The notes under the pieces were generated by a model. It did not search any database and was not told the origin of the DNA. It saw only the letters and a list, made by a program, of their open reading frames with translations. From contig OZ244621.1 in assembly GCA_965218425.1 (NCBI GenBank), positions 2,656,001 to 2,720,000 of the forward strand: 64,000 nt of DNA, in the 5' to 3' direction. Source of the DNA: an uncultured Candidatus Binatia bacterium. Lineage in GTDB: Bacteria > Desulfobacterota > Binatia > UBA9968 > CAXXLF01. Position numbers and translations under genes: made by a program. Numbering within the stretch: the stretch's first letter is position 1; every line of letters starts with the position of its first letter. Positions 9,600-19,125 of this stretch are shown here, in pieces.

Positions 9600-10853
9600 A
9601 TGGGACAAGTGAACGCAGAGATTGTGGCCATCGGCTCCGAGCTATTGTTGGGTCAAATTGTCGATACCAATTCGGCTTGGATGGCCCAGCGCCTGAGCGC
9701 CCTGGGCATCAACCTGTTTTACAAGACCATCGTGGGCGATAATCCTGGACGAATGAAGGAAGTGATTGGCCGGGCGTTGGAACGGTCCCATGTGGTGATC
9801 ACCAGCGGAGGACTTGGTCCTACTCAGGACGACCTCACTCGAGAGATTGTTGCGGAGGTGGCAGGTAGAAAACTGGTGCTCAGCCGTGAATTACAAGATC
9901 AGGTGGAAAACCGGTTCCGCCGTCGCGGCCTCACCATGACCCCTAACAATGAGCGGCAGGCCTACATGCCCGAGGGGGCAATTGCAGTGGAGAACCCCAA
10001 TGGCACAGCTCCCTCATTTATCGTTGAAGATCCTCGCGGGGTAATCTTTTCACTCCCGGGAGTTCCCTGGGAGCTCAAGTGGCTGTTCGACAACGAAGTG
10101 GTTCCTTATCTGCGCAAGAAATTTGATCTGTCTGAAGTGATCACCTACAAAGTACTGAAGGTAGCCGATATGGGAGAGAGCAGCGTCGATGACCGTATCG
10201 GCCATCTCATTGCGAACTCCAGCAACCCGACGGTGGGTGTCCTGGCGCATCCAGGCCAGGTGGACGTGCGAATCACGGCCAAGGCAGCCAATAACGATGA
10301 AGCCATGAAACTGATCGTTCCATTGGAAGGGGAGGTTCGTAAGCTCCTGGGACGCCATGTCTTTGCCAGCGACGATGAAACCATGGAAGACGCTGTGGGT
10401 AGGCTGCTGAGGGAAAAGAACGTTACCATCGCCGTATATGAAGACCTCACCGGAGGCTTGGTGGCCGAGCGGTTGCAACAGGCCGGTGCCGAGCACTTTG
10501 TGGAAGGGGTCATTGGGGCAGGCGTAGGCTCTGTTCGACGTATTCTAGCCTCCTCGCGCCAACCGCAACGAGTGGATGAGCTATTGACACAGCCAACTCA
10601 ACTAACCGACGAGCTTGCCTGGGCCGTTCGCGCCCAGGCGCAGTGTCACCTTGGCTTGGCCCTGCACGCGGTAGCCGACCCCTCAGACAAGGCGGAGAAC
10701 ATGGCCAAAGGTCAGACATTCATTTCCGTCACCGACGGCAAGGGTTTTAAGAATCGGACCACCAACATGGCAGGCCGGGGGCGTCCGGACCGAACACGCA
10801 TGAGTCAGAACGCAATGGGACTGGTTCGGTTGGCGCTTCTGGAGGGAATGTAG
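9600..10853 (+). CDS. cinA: CinA-family protein (MoCF domain plus degenerate PncC-like domain)
   Basis: IGSELLLGQIVDTN, GGLGPTQDDLT, GTAP, LPGVPWE. Confidence 0.85.
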   Translation: MGQVNAEIVAIGSELLLGQIVDTNSAWMAQRLSALGINLFYKTIVGDNPGRMKEVIGRALERSHVVITSGGLGPTQDDLTREIVAEVAGRKLVLSRELQDQVENRFRRRGLTMTPNNERQAYMPEGAIAVENPNGTAPSFIVEDPRGVIFSLPGVPWELKWLFDNEVVPYLRKKFDLSEVITYKVLKVADMGESSVDDRIGHLIANSSNPTVGVLAHPGQVDVRITAKAANNDEAMKLIVPLEGEVRKLLGRHVFASDDETMEDAVGRLLREKNVTIAVYEDLTGGLVAERLQQAGAEHFVEGVIGAGVGSVRRILASSRQPQRVDELLTQPTQLTDELAWAVRAQAQCHLGLALHAVADPSDKAENMAKGQTFISVTDGKGFKNRTTNMAGRGRPDRTRMSQNAMGLVRLALLEGM

Positions 10854-10866
10854 TTCTATTAGCGTG

Positions 10867-11256
10867 TCACCTGCCTCGAAAGCGGGTGAGAGCCCGGCGA
10901 TCCTTTTTGGATGGGCGACCTTTTATGTGGGGAGATTTCCACTCGTGAGCCCTTATTTCGGAGGCGGCCTCCTTACGATGGAGCTTGCTTTCTTGCGTTT
11001 CCTCGTACAGCAGTATGGCCACGCTTGCGGGTCCCCGTTTTGCGGAAACAGCTCGTACCACCACGGTCCATTCATAGGAGCCCCTCCGAATGGTGAGTTG
11101 GTCGCCGCTGTTAATCTCCCTGGCAGGTTTCGTGCGTGCGCCGTTCAGGTGCACCTTGCCTCCTGAAACCGCTTCGATGGCCAAGGATCGTGTCTTGAAA
11201 AAGCGCGCCGCCCAGAGCCACTTGTCGAGTCTTACTTTCTCCCCGTTTTCTTGCAT
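10867..11256 (-). CDS. hslR: Ribosome-associated heat shock protein Hsp15 (S4 domain)
   Basis: VRLDKWLWAARFFKTRSLA, RGPASVA..LYEET, GRPSKKDRR. Confidence 0.92.
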   Translation of the reverse strand: MQENGEKVRLDKWLWAARFFKTRSLAIEAVSGGKVHLNGARTKPAREINSGDQLTIRRGSYEWTVVVRAVSAKRGPASVAILLYEETQESKLHRKEAASEIRAHEWKSPHIKGRPSKKDRRALTRFRGR

Positions 11257-11311
11257 GGTGATTGATTCACGATACCAGAATTTGTCGGAGCCTTAAATAT
11301 AAAGTGCTTTA

Positions 11312-12401
11312 TTGAGAACCGCATAATATAGTAACATTGGATAAGAACTTAATGTATAGTGGTGGTATGGGAAACCCACTTGGAGTGCGACGGGACTTTG
11401 AAGCATTGGAGCGACGGCGGATGGAGGCGGGGAGGCTGTTGAAGCGAGGGCTGTCGGAGGCGGAGGTGGCGCGTTGGGTGGGAGTGCACCGCCAGTCGGT
11501 GAATCGATGGGCGCGGCAGTTGGCCGAGAGCGGCAGAGCCGGGCTCAAGCAGGCGGGGCGTGCCGGACGCAAGCCGCGACTGAGCCCGGCGGATCTGAAG
11601 AAGATCGAGGGCGGTTTGAAACGGGGACCCGAAGCGCTGGGGTACGACACGAGCCTGTGGACCGCAAGGCGAGTGGCCCACTTGATTGGGGAAGCCTGCG
11701 GAGTCACATACCATCCGGGCCATGTTTGGCGGATATTGCGGCAGTTGGGGTGGAGTTGCCAGCGGCCGACGGGACGTGCCTTGGAACGAGATGAAGAGGC
11801 GATCCGGCAGTGGAAGAAGAAGCGCTGGCCGGAGATTAAAAAAAAGCCCGAAACGAGGGGCGAACCATAGTGTTCGTGGACGAAAGCGGGCTGAGCGAGC
11901 GGCCGAATCGGTATCGTACGTGGTCGCCCCGAGGACAGACGCCAGTGCTGCAATATCACTTCAACTGGAAGAGTCTGTCGGCCATCGCCGGAGTCACCTG
12001 GTGGCGCTTGTACTTTCGAGTGTATCCGGGAGCCATCAAGAGCCCCCAGATCATCGAATTCCTGAAGCACTTGATGCGTCATGTTTCCGGGCCGCTGCTG
12101 GTAGTGTGGGACGGACTGCCCAGCCACCGGAGCCGGTTGGTTCGGGACTTTGTTGCCGCTACCGAAGGCGCGTTGGTGCTGGAACGGTTGCCGGCCTATG
12201 CACCGGAACTGAATCCCGTCGAATACCTCTGGGGATACTGGAAGCATCATGAACTGCCCAACTTCTGTGCCAAGGACTTCGCTCAACTCAGCCACCATGC
12301 TCGTCGCGCCCTTTGCCGAATGCGCCGCAGGCCTCGTCTCGTTACCGCCTTCTGGAAACAGTCCAGCCTTTTCTGATGTCATTATATTATACGAGGATCA
12401 A
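11312..12401 (+). mobile_element. IS630-family insertion sequence, copy 1 (1090 bp)
   Basis: TA on both sides (11310-11311, 12402-12403); imperfect 26 bp TIRs TTGAGAACCGCATAATATAGTAACAT / TTGATCCTCGTATAATATAATGACAT; near-identical copy at 33784. Confidence 0.93.
11367..12376 (+). CDS. IS630 transposase in two ORFs (HTH + DDE) joined by a probable -1 frameshift at A8G 11838-11846
   Basis: ORF A has HTH/winged-helix motifs; ORF B has FVDESG, VWDGLPSH, LPAYAPELNPVE; the -1 frame reads KKARNEGRTIVFVDESG. Confidence 0.9.
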
Positions 12402-12521
12402 TAATAGACCATTTACAGCTCCGACTCACGCGGACAATGTTTGTACATTCTCAATTCCTGTTGCTTTTGGCTTCGGTGACTTTCTTCGCTCCACGGGACT
12501 CCCGCACCCCGAACCGCAATT

Positions 12522-12621
12522 CGACGCAGGGGAGGGAGACGTAAGGCCACGGGCATCGAACGTTCAGCTTCAGATATTCACTGGCCTGTTGCCCGCGGCT
12601 GCAGGCTCGCTCCCCGAGGAG
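12522..12621 (-). repeat. ~100 bp structured dispersed repeat, copy A
   Basis: Reverse complement aligns with 33487-33585 and 34880-34978; nested inverted repeats. Confidence 0.85.
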
Positions 12622-12691
12622 AATTGCGCAAACACAGAGCAGGTCCCTGAGCCTCTTCTTGTCCGCAAATCGCCCTACAAACAGATAGAAG

Positions 12692-12719
12692 TTGACATAA
12701 AGTTGCAAGATCACATACT
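12692..12719 (+). promoter_or_regulatory. Possible sigma70 promoter of tcuAB
   Basis: TTGACA-N16-CATACT ending 18 nt before ATG 12738. Confidence 0.4.
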
Positions 12720-12737
12720 CTCTGGTTTTGGTTGCTC

Positions 12738-14159
12738 ATGAGTTCACCGGTAAAACAGAATTCTGCCATTCCATCCGGAGAATTTGACGTGCTGGTTGCG
12801 GGAGGAGGAAACGCCGCACTCTGCGCCGCCATCACAGCGCGGCTGGCGGGTGCGAGGGTCCTCCTCCTGGAAAGTGCTCCCGAACATCTTCGCGGCGGCA
12901 ATAGCCGGCACACACGAAACCTTCGCTATATGCACAATCGTGGAAACGACGTCCTCACCGGCGCCTATGCAGAGGAGGAGTTCTGGAACGATCTACTGCG
13001 GGTGACGGGGGGCGAGACAAACGAGGAGCTCGCGCGTCTCACCATTCGAGAGTCGGAGGATCTGGGTGAGTGGATGGTCGAGCACGGCGTTCGGTTTCAA
13101 CCATCCCTCAGGGGGACACTTCAATTATCACGCACCAATGCCTTTTTTCTTGGCGGTGGAAAAGCTCTGGTCAATGCCTATTACAAAACCGCTCAGAGCC
13201 TGGGGGTGGAAATATTTTACGAGTCCGAGGTATGTGATCTAAAAATCCAGGACGGGCTTTTCCAGTCGGCAGTGGTGAAATCCAATGGAAATTCCACGGA
13301 AGTGAGCGCGAAGGCACTGGTGGCGGCGTCCGGAGGATTCGAGGCAAACATCCCTTGGTTGAAGGAATACTGGGGCGAGGCGGCGGAAAATTTTGTGATT
13401 CGCGGCACACCGTACAATCGAGGCGGGTTACTGCGCGAGTTGCTCAACCATGGCGCATGCCCGGTGGGTAAGCCACGGGAGTTTCATGCCATCGCATTGG
13501 ACGCCAGGGCGCCCAAATTCGACGGGGGTATTGTGACCCGGTTGGATTGCATTCCTTTCGGCATCGTCGTTAATAAATTCGCTCAGCGTTTTTACGATGA
13601 GGGGGAAGACTTCTGGCCCAAGCGCTACGCCATCTGGGGAGGACTCATTGCACATCAACCGGACCAGATCGCCTATTGCATCGTCGATGCCAGGTGCATG
13701 GAGCTGTTTTTACCCTCGGTCTTTCCGCCGATTGAGGCGGCTTCCATTCTAGAGCTGGCCGTGAAGCTGGAGTTGGACGCTTCCGCGTTAGAAAAAACCG
13801 TAGTTGCCTTCAACGGGGCCGTTGAGTCTGGGAGCTTCAACCCCTCAAGCCTGGATGACTGCCGGACCAATCGGCTGGACCCTCCTAAATCCCACTGGGC
13901 TCGTACTATCGTAGAACCGCCGTTCTATGCCTATCCCCTTCGTCCCGGGATCACCTTCACTTATCTTGGGGTCTCCGTGGGTGAGCGGGCGCAGGTGTTA
14001 TTAAAAGATGGACAACCCACCAGAAATATTTTTGCCGCCGGCGAGATCATGGCGGGTAACATACTAGGGCGAGGATACCTCGCCGGATTTGGTATGACCA
14101 TCGGCAGCGTGTTCGGGCGAATCGCCGGAAGGGAGGCCGCACGACATGCCCTCGCCTGA
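12738..14159 (+). CDS. tcuA: FAD-dependent tricarballylate dehydrogenase TcuA
   Basis: GGGNAALCAA, RGGNSRHTRNLR, LSRTNAFFLGGGKAL, DARAPKFDGGIVTRLD, GEDFWPKRYAIWG, GYLAGFGMTIG. Confidence 0.93.
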   Translation: MSSPVKQNSAIPSGEFDVLVAGGGNAALCAAITARLAGARVLLLESAPEHLRGGNSRHTRNLRYMHNRGNDVLTGAYAEEEFWNDLLRVTGGETNEELARLTIRESEDLGEWMVEHGVRFQPSLRGTLQLSRTNAFFLGGGKALVNAYYKTAQSLGVEIFYESEVCDLKIQDGLFQSAVVKSNGNSTEVSAKALVAASGGFEANIPWLKEYWGEAAENFVIRGTPYNRGGLLRELLNHGACPVGKPREFHAIALDARAPKFDGGIVTRLDCIPFGIVVNKFAQRFYDEGEDFWPKRYAIWGGLIAHQPDQIAYCIVDARCMELFLPSVFPPIEAASILELAVKLELDASALEKTVVAFNGAVESGSFNPSSLDDCRTNRLDPPKSHWARTIVEPPFYAYPLRPGITFTYLGVSVGERAQVLLKDGQPTRNIFAAGEIMAGNILGRGYLAGFGMTIGSVFGRIAGREAARHALA

Positions 14160-15267
14160 GAGACTCAAAGAGGCCGAGCGGCTCATGGTGATCTGCAATG
14201 CCTGCCGCTACTGTTCGGGTTACTGTGGGGTGTTCCCGGCCATGGAACGGAAGAGGACTTTCACTAAGCAAGATCTCGTTTATCTCTCCAACCTCTGCTT
14301 CGAATGCCGGGCCTGTCTCTACGCGTGCCAGTACGCTCCACCCCACGAGTTTGGGGTGAATGTTCCCAAGGCCTTCGCTGAACTCCGGGTGGATACTTAT
14401 AGTGACTACACCTGGCCGCGAATTTTTTCGGGTCTTTTTCGCCGCAGCGGGTTGACGGTTGCGGTGACCACCACCCTGTGCGTGGCCTTGGCGCTGCTGT
14501 TGACGTTGACCTTACGGGGACCTTCGGTCCTGTTCGCCACACATGTGGGAAGTGGGGCCTTCTACGCGGTGGTACCGTTCGCGGCGATGGTGCTACCAGC
14601 CTCGGCAATGATGCTGTACGTTTTCCTGGTCTTTTTGGCGGGTTTCGTTAAATTTTTGCGCGACACTGGAGGGCAACTGAAAGAGGTGATCAATGCCGCT
14701 GCCTTTTTTCGGGCTATGCAGGATGCCTTCGGGCTTGTTTACATGAAGGGTGGCGGTGCCGGATGCAACTATCCGGACGACGAATTCTCACATAAAAGGC
14801 TCTGGTACCATCACCTGGTCTTTTACGGTTTCCTGCTCGACCTGGCTGCAACAACGGTGGCCGCCGTCTATCACCATTTCCTGCACTGGGAAGCGCCTTA
14901 CCCCATCTGGAGTGCTCCGGTGGCGCTCGGCACCGTCGGTGGTGTTATGCTACTGATCGGCACTGGGGGTTTGCTGCTCCTCAAGGCGCGCAGCGATAAG
15001 GAAGCTTCAGATCCGCAAATGCTTCGTATGGACGTTGCCTTCCTCGTGCTACTTTTCATGACCAGCCTCACGGGGTTGCTTCTTCTGGCCTTCCGAGAGA
15101 CGCCGGCCATGGGAACGCTCCTGGCAGTGCACCTGGGTGTGGTCGCCGGTCTATTTTTGACCCTGCCCTATGGCAAGTTCGCCCATGCCGTATACCGCTA
15201 TGCGGCGCTGGTGCGGAATGCCATCGAGGAGCGCCAGGAAGCGGAACAAGACACCGTCTCTGGTTAA
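14146..15267 (+). CDS. tcuB: Tricarballylate utilization 4Fe-4S membrane protein TcuB
   Basis: CNACRYCSGYC and CFECRACLYACQYAPPHEF, membrane helices, LPYGKFAH; overlaps tcuA. Confidence 0.93.
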   Translation: MPSPERLKEAERLMVICNACRYCSGYCGVFPAMERKRTFTKQDLVYLSNLCFECRACLYACQYAPPHEFGVNVPKAFAELRVDTYSDYTWPRIFSGLFRRSGLTVAVTTTLCVALALLLTLTLRGPSVLFATHVGSGAFYAVVPFAAMVLPASAMMLYVFLVFLAGFVKFLRDTGGQLKEVINAAAFFRAMQDAFGLVYMKGGGAGCNYPDDEFSHKRLWYHHLVFYGFLLDLAATTVAAVYHHFLHWEAPYPIWSAPVALGTVGGVMLLIGTGGLLLLKARSDKEASDPQMLRMDVAFLVLLFMTSLTGLLLLAFRETPAMGTLLAVHLGVVAGLFLTLPYGKFAHAVYRYAALVRNAIEERQEAEQDTVSG

Positions 15268-15353
15268 GCTCAGTAACGAATCATTGGTATCTATAAGGTC
15301 CTGGGGCTGCACTTTTCAGGACTCAACCGGCGGTTGCGTTATGGCAAACGGAA

Positions 15354-16349
15354 TTAATTTACCCGTGAAAGGACGTTCTCAGCGAAGCGCTGCAGGAAGT
15401 CTTTGCGATCCTGGAGTGTCTTGGGCAGGTTTAAGATGGTCATGTTGACGTAGCTGACACCTTTATCTGCGAGCCGAAGGAAACCCCCCACGCAGTCGTC
15501 GGGACCACCCGCCACGGCCCAGTCGGCCACCTGCGAGTCGGAGTCGATGTTGATCTTTACCATGGCGTTCTCCTGCATGTTCCAGGTCTTGTAAGTGCGG
15601 TAGGATGACTCGGCGGCTTCCTGCGCCTGTTCTGTGGCCGATTTTCGATTCGATGCAAAGCTTACGCCCCGGGAAATCGTTATTCGACCTGCGTCTTGCC
15701 CCGTCTTTGCCCGTTCGTCCCGGTAAATGGAGATCAAACCGCTGAGATCGTCAAAGCCCACCTGAGGTGCAAGGTAACAAGCATCGGCGATCCTCGCCGC
15801 CCGGCGTACGGCTCCCTCACTCTGGCAGGCCATCCAGATGGGCGGGTGCGGCTGTTGAAGCGGCACAAACCCCATCCTGGCCTTGTGCACGGTCCAGTAC
15901 TTTCCTTCAAAATCAATCTCTTCCCCCGTCCATAGCCGCTTCATGAGTTGGATGGACTCGGTGAGTCTTGGTACCCGGTCCTTGCGGGTGGCGCCCACGG
16001 CCTCCAGTTCCGTGTCTCGGTAGCCGAGGCCGGCGCCCAATACGAAACGGCCTTTGCTGACATGATCCAAGGTGGCTGCATCCTCGGCCACCTGAAGGGG
16101 ATTGTGTAACGGCAACAAGAGGATGCCGGTGAGCAAGCGCATATTACCCGTCTCCGGGGCAAGCCTTGCCAGCATCTGAAAAGGTTGCGGCCAGATGGTG
16201 GGGTGAGAGACCCAATGCTGGGGCATGGCTACTCCTGCGAAGCCACAATCCCGTGCCACGTGACAGATCTCCACCACATCGTCGATCTGCTCATGAAGTG
16301 GCCTTGACCGGTCGGTTAGAAAAGAGCGAAGGTAAAGTCCGAATTCCAC
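15354..16349 (-). CDS. LLM-class flavin-dependent oxidoreductase
   Basis: LLLPLHNPLQVAEDAATLDHVSKGRFVLGAGLGYR, PLQQPHPPIW. Confidence 0.9.
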   Translation of the reverse strand: MEFGLYLRSFLTDRSRPLHEQIDDVVEICHVARDCGFAGVAMPQHWVSHPTIWPQPFQMLARLAPETGNMRLLTGILLLPLHNPLQVAEDAATLDHVSKGRFVLGAGLGYRDTELEAVGATRKDRVPRLTESIQLMKRLWTGEEIDFEGKYWTVHKARMGFVPLQQPHPPIWMACQSEGAVRRAARIADACYLAPQVGFDDLSGLISIYRDERAKTGQDAGRITISRGVSFASNRKSATEQAQEAAESSYRTYKTWNMQENAMVKINIDSDSQVADWAVAGGPDDCVGGFLRLADKGVSYVNMTILNLPKTLQDRKDFLQRFAENVLSRVN

Positions 16350-16506
16350 TAAAGCATCCCCAACGAAAAAGGAGAGTCTTCACACCCACATTCACGGGCC
16401 AGATATAACATGCAATCCAAAAATTTCCTATTGGTGGAGAAATGTTTTCTCCAGGTTGATATGATGCACACCGGCGCAACTTCCATGGGTGTTTGAGGAG
16501 GTTCCC

Positions 16507-17442
16507 ATGCGTATTGCAGTGTTCGGCACGGGTGGAGCGGGGGGGTACTACGGCGCACGACTGGCGCAGGCCGGAGAGGACGTCACGTTTATCGCGCGGG
16601 GTGAGCATTTACGGTCCATCCAGGAGCATGGCCTGCGTGTGGATAGCCCTAACGGCGACTTTGTGCTCCCCTCTGCGCGTGCCATCAGTGACCCGGGGCA
16701 AATAGGAAAGGTGGATGTCGTCATACTGGGGGTAAAGGCATGGCAGGTGCAAGAGGCCGCCAAAGCCGTGAGTTCTTTGCTTGGGCCGGAATCTGTCGTG
16801 GTGCCGTTGCAAAATGGGGTCGAGACCCCTGACCGACTGGCAGCGGTTTTAGGTCGTGAGCATGTTTTCGGTGGCTTGGCCAAGATCTTCAGCTCGGTCA
16901 TCGCGCCGGGGCACATTCAACACGTTGGTGGACCCACCTCCGTCACTTTTGGCGAGTTGGACAACCGTCCCAGCGAACGTGCGGAAAAACTGCGCGGGGT
17001 CTTCGCCCAGGCAGGAATCGGTGCCGATATACCTCCAGATATTCAGGTGGCCATGTGGGAGAAGCTGTTGTTTGTAGCTTCCTTTGGGGGAGTGGGTGCT
17101 GTGACACACGCTCCCATCGGTATCATTCGCACTCTGCCGGAGACCCGACGGATGTTGGAAGAGGGAATGCGCGAAATCTTCCAGGTCGGCAGGGCCCGAA
17201 GGATTCAACTGGATGACGATGTCGTGGACAGGACAATGGCTTTTGCCGATAGCCAGCCACCCGCCGGAACCGCCTCAATGCAGCGGGACATCATTGCCGG
17301 ACGGCCCTCCGAACTGGAGGCGTGGAATGGTGCGGTGGTGCGCTTGGGACGGCAGGTGAATGTCGCCACACCCGTGCACGGCTTTCTTTATCACTCCTTA
17401 CTGCCCTTGGAGCTGCGTGCGCGTGGGCAAATTCACTTCTAG
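16507..17442 (+). CDS. panE: 2-dehydropantoate 2-reductase (PanE/ApbA family)
   Basis: MRIAVFGTGGAGGYYG, PLQNG, MWEKL, SMQRD...GRPSELE; GAGGAGG RBS. Confidence 0.88.
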   Translation: MRIAVFGTGGAGGYYGARLAQAGEDVTFIARGEHLRSIQEHGLRVDSPNGDFVLPSARAISDPGQIGKVDVVILGVKAWQVQEAAKAVSSLLGPESVVVPLQNGVETPDRLAAVLGREHVFGGLAKIFSSVIAPGHIQHVGGPTSVTFGELDNRPSERAEKLRGVFAQAGIGADIPPDIQVAMWEKLLFVASFGGVGAVTHAPIGIIRTLPETRRMLEEGMREIFQVGRARRIQLDDDVVDRTMAFADSQPPAGTASMQRDIIAGRPSELEAWNGAVVRLGRQVNVATPVHGFLYHSLLPLELRARGQIHF

Positions 17443-17531
17443 CTTTGGGGACGGCACTTCCTCAGAGCAATGAAAACACTAGAGTTGACCATATTCGGTG
17501 TAGTTTTACCGGGCTTCAGGCTAAGTTTCCC

Positions 17532-17663
17532 GAACTCGTTTGGGAGCACGTTAAGGCCGGCTATTATCACTTCACCAACGGCAACGTGATCTTTCGAGGT
17601 CCCGCGCCTGCCTCGGGCCTCTACGAAGACAGCCTGCTTACCTTCCCGGCCTTCAAGGCCTAG
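17532..17663 (+). pseudogene. Possible orphan 3' gene fragment
   Basis: 43 codons with strong GC3 bias ending in TAG; no plausible start or RBS. Confidence 0.3.
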
Positions 17664-17842
17664 TGGTCGCGGTTCTTGACAGAATTTATTACTTAAATTT
17701 GGTTATGGTGCAGGCAATCCGGTTGCTTCGCACCAGTAGGAAGCATCGTAGAATCGCTCAGGGGGATGATATGGGGGGCGGGGGTTGGGAAATACAGACG
17801 GTCCATGTATCATGTGTGATTCGGGTTAACGCCCCTTGAGCT

Positions 17843-18721
17843 ATGATCGAGTTATTATCGCTTGCCACCGCCCTCATGTACGCGCTGAGTCACATCGCCG
17901 TGAGAAAGGGCTTAGCTTTTGGCTCCAATGCTATCACCGCGGCGAATCTATCCCTATTTATAACTTTTTTCGTGTTTTTGGTTTTGCTTTCTGTTTTTGT
18001 GCCCTTCGACCGGTGGAGTGTTTGGGCGCTGCCATATTTTTTATCCGCTGGAATACTTGCTCCCGGTCTATTTCGCTTTTTACTTTATTCCGCTATTTCA
18101 CGGGTTGGCATTGCGGTGGCGACCGTGGCTACGAATGTGTACCCGTTGGTTGCCGTTGTTGTCTCAATGATATTTCTTGGCGAGCGGCTCACTCCTCTGA
18201 AGGCCCTGGGGGTCGCGTTTATTCTGGGTGCTGTTTTCCTTGCCGCACCCAAGGGGAAAAACCGAAGGTTCGACCTTGATACCCTGTCCAACCGGGGATT
18301 TATGCTGGCAGTCACAGCGGCACTAGTCCGGGGGGCATCCGAGACCCTGCGGAAGTCCGGCCTCTTTGTATTGGATTCGCCGATTTTCGGTGCCGCCACT
18401 GCCAATGGGGGGGGGTTTTTAGTCTCGGTGTTTCTCCTGGCGGGATCGAGTTCCACCCGGAGCGCCCTGACCTATGAGAAAAGGAGCATGATATATTTCC
18501 TCTTCTCCAGCCTGTTTCAGGTGGCGGCATGGATATTGGGCTTTTATGCTCTCTCCTACGGAGAAGTGGTGCGGGTTGCGCCCATTGTTGGATCGGTTCC
18601 GCTTTTCACCGTGCTGCTCAGTGCGGTTTTGTTGCGGGGAGTGGAGCAAATTACCCCGAGGATCATCGTGGCCAGCTTGCTCGTTGGAGTAGGCGTGGTC
18701 TCGATCCATCTCGGCTCATGA
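17843..18721 (+). CDS. EamA/DMT family transporter
   Basis: About 10 TM helices in two repeats; FLGERLT, GEVVRVAPI, LRGVEQIT. Confidence 0.9.
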   Translation: MIELLSLATALMYALSHIAVRKGLAFGSNAITAANLSLFITFFVFLVLLSVFVPFDRWSVWALPYFLSAGILAPGLFRFLLYSAISRVGIAVATVATNVYPLVAVVVSMIFLGERLTPLKALGVAFILGAVFLAAPKGKNRRFDLDTLSNRGFMLAVTAALVRGASETLRKSGLFVLDSPIFGAATANGGGFLVSVFLLAGSSSTRSALTYEKRSMIYFLFSSLFQVAAWILGFYALSYGEVVRVAPIVGSVPLFTVLLSAVLLRGVEQITPRIIVASLLVGVGVVSIHLGS

Positions 18722-18799
18722 ACAATCGACTCTTATCCATAGAACGGTTAATAAAACGAATCCAACGAGGTTTTTTGTGACAATTCGCTATCGCGTTAA

Positions 18800-19060
18800 A
18801 AACCGAGTTCCGAAGCTCGAAATGTCACAAAAAACCGCATTCAAATCCGAAGTCTCAATTTCGAAATTCGAAGCAGTGCCGAAATTCAAATCACCGAAAT
18901 CCTGAACTTTTCAACCCTTGGGTTTCGGACGTTTGCCGTATTGTCGGCTGAAATTGTTTGGAATCTTATGTTCCCGGTCATTTGGATTTGTTTGGTATTT
19001 CGGATTTCGAGTTTGTCATTTTTTTACTTTGCGTCTTTGTGCGGGTCTTTTCTTTTCCGA
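18800..19060 (+). repeat. AT-rich heptamer-based intergenic element, copy 1
   Basis: CGAAAT/CAAATCC units then complementary GGATTT units; 18950-19060 aligns with the reverse complement of 37298-37411. Confidence 0.75.
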
Positions 19061-19125
19061 CTTGGATTGATATAGGGTGTAACCTTCAACCTTCACTATG
19101 ATTCAAGACTGCGGGGTGTATTAAA

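Noticed and set aside
11309..12382. 357 aa antisense ORF spanning each IS630 copy (also 33781-34854)
   Set aside because: Shadow of the GC-rich transposase; no recognisable domain, and its duplication merely reflects IS identity.
18407..18415. G9 run in the EamA gene (and G9 at 63245-63253) as phase-variation tracts
   Set aside because: The first encodes in-frame Gly-Gly-Gly and the second is intergenic; no evidence of length variation.
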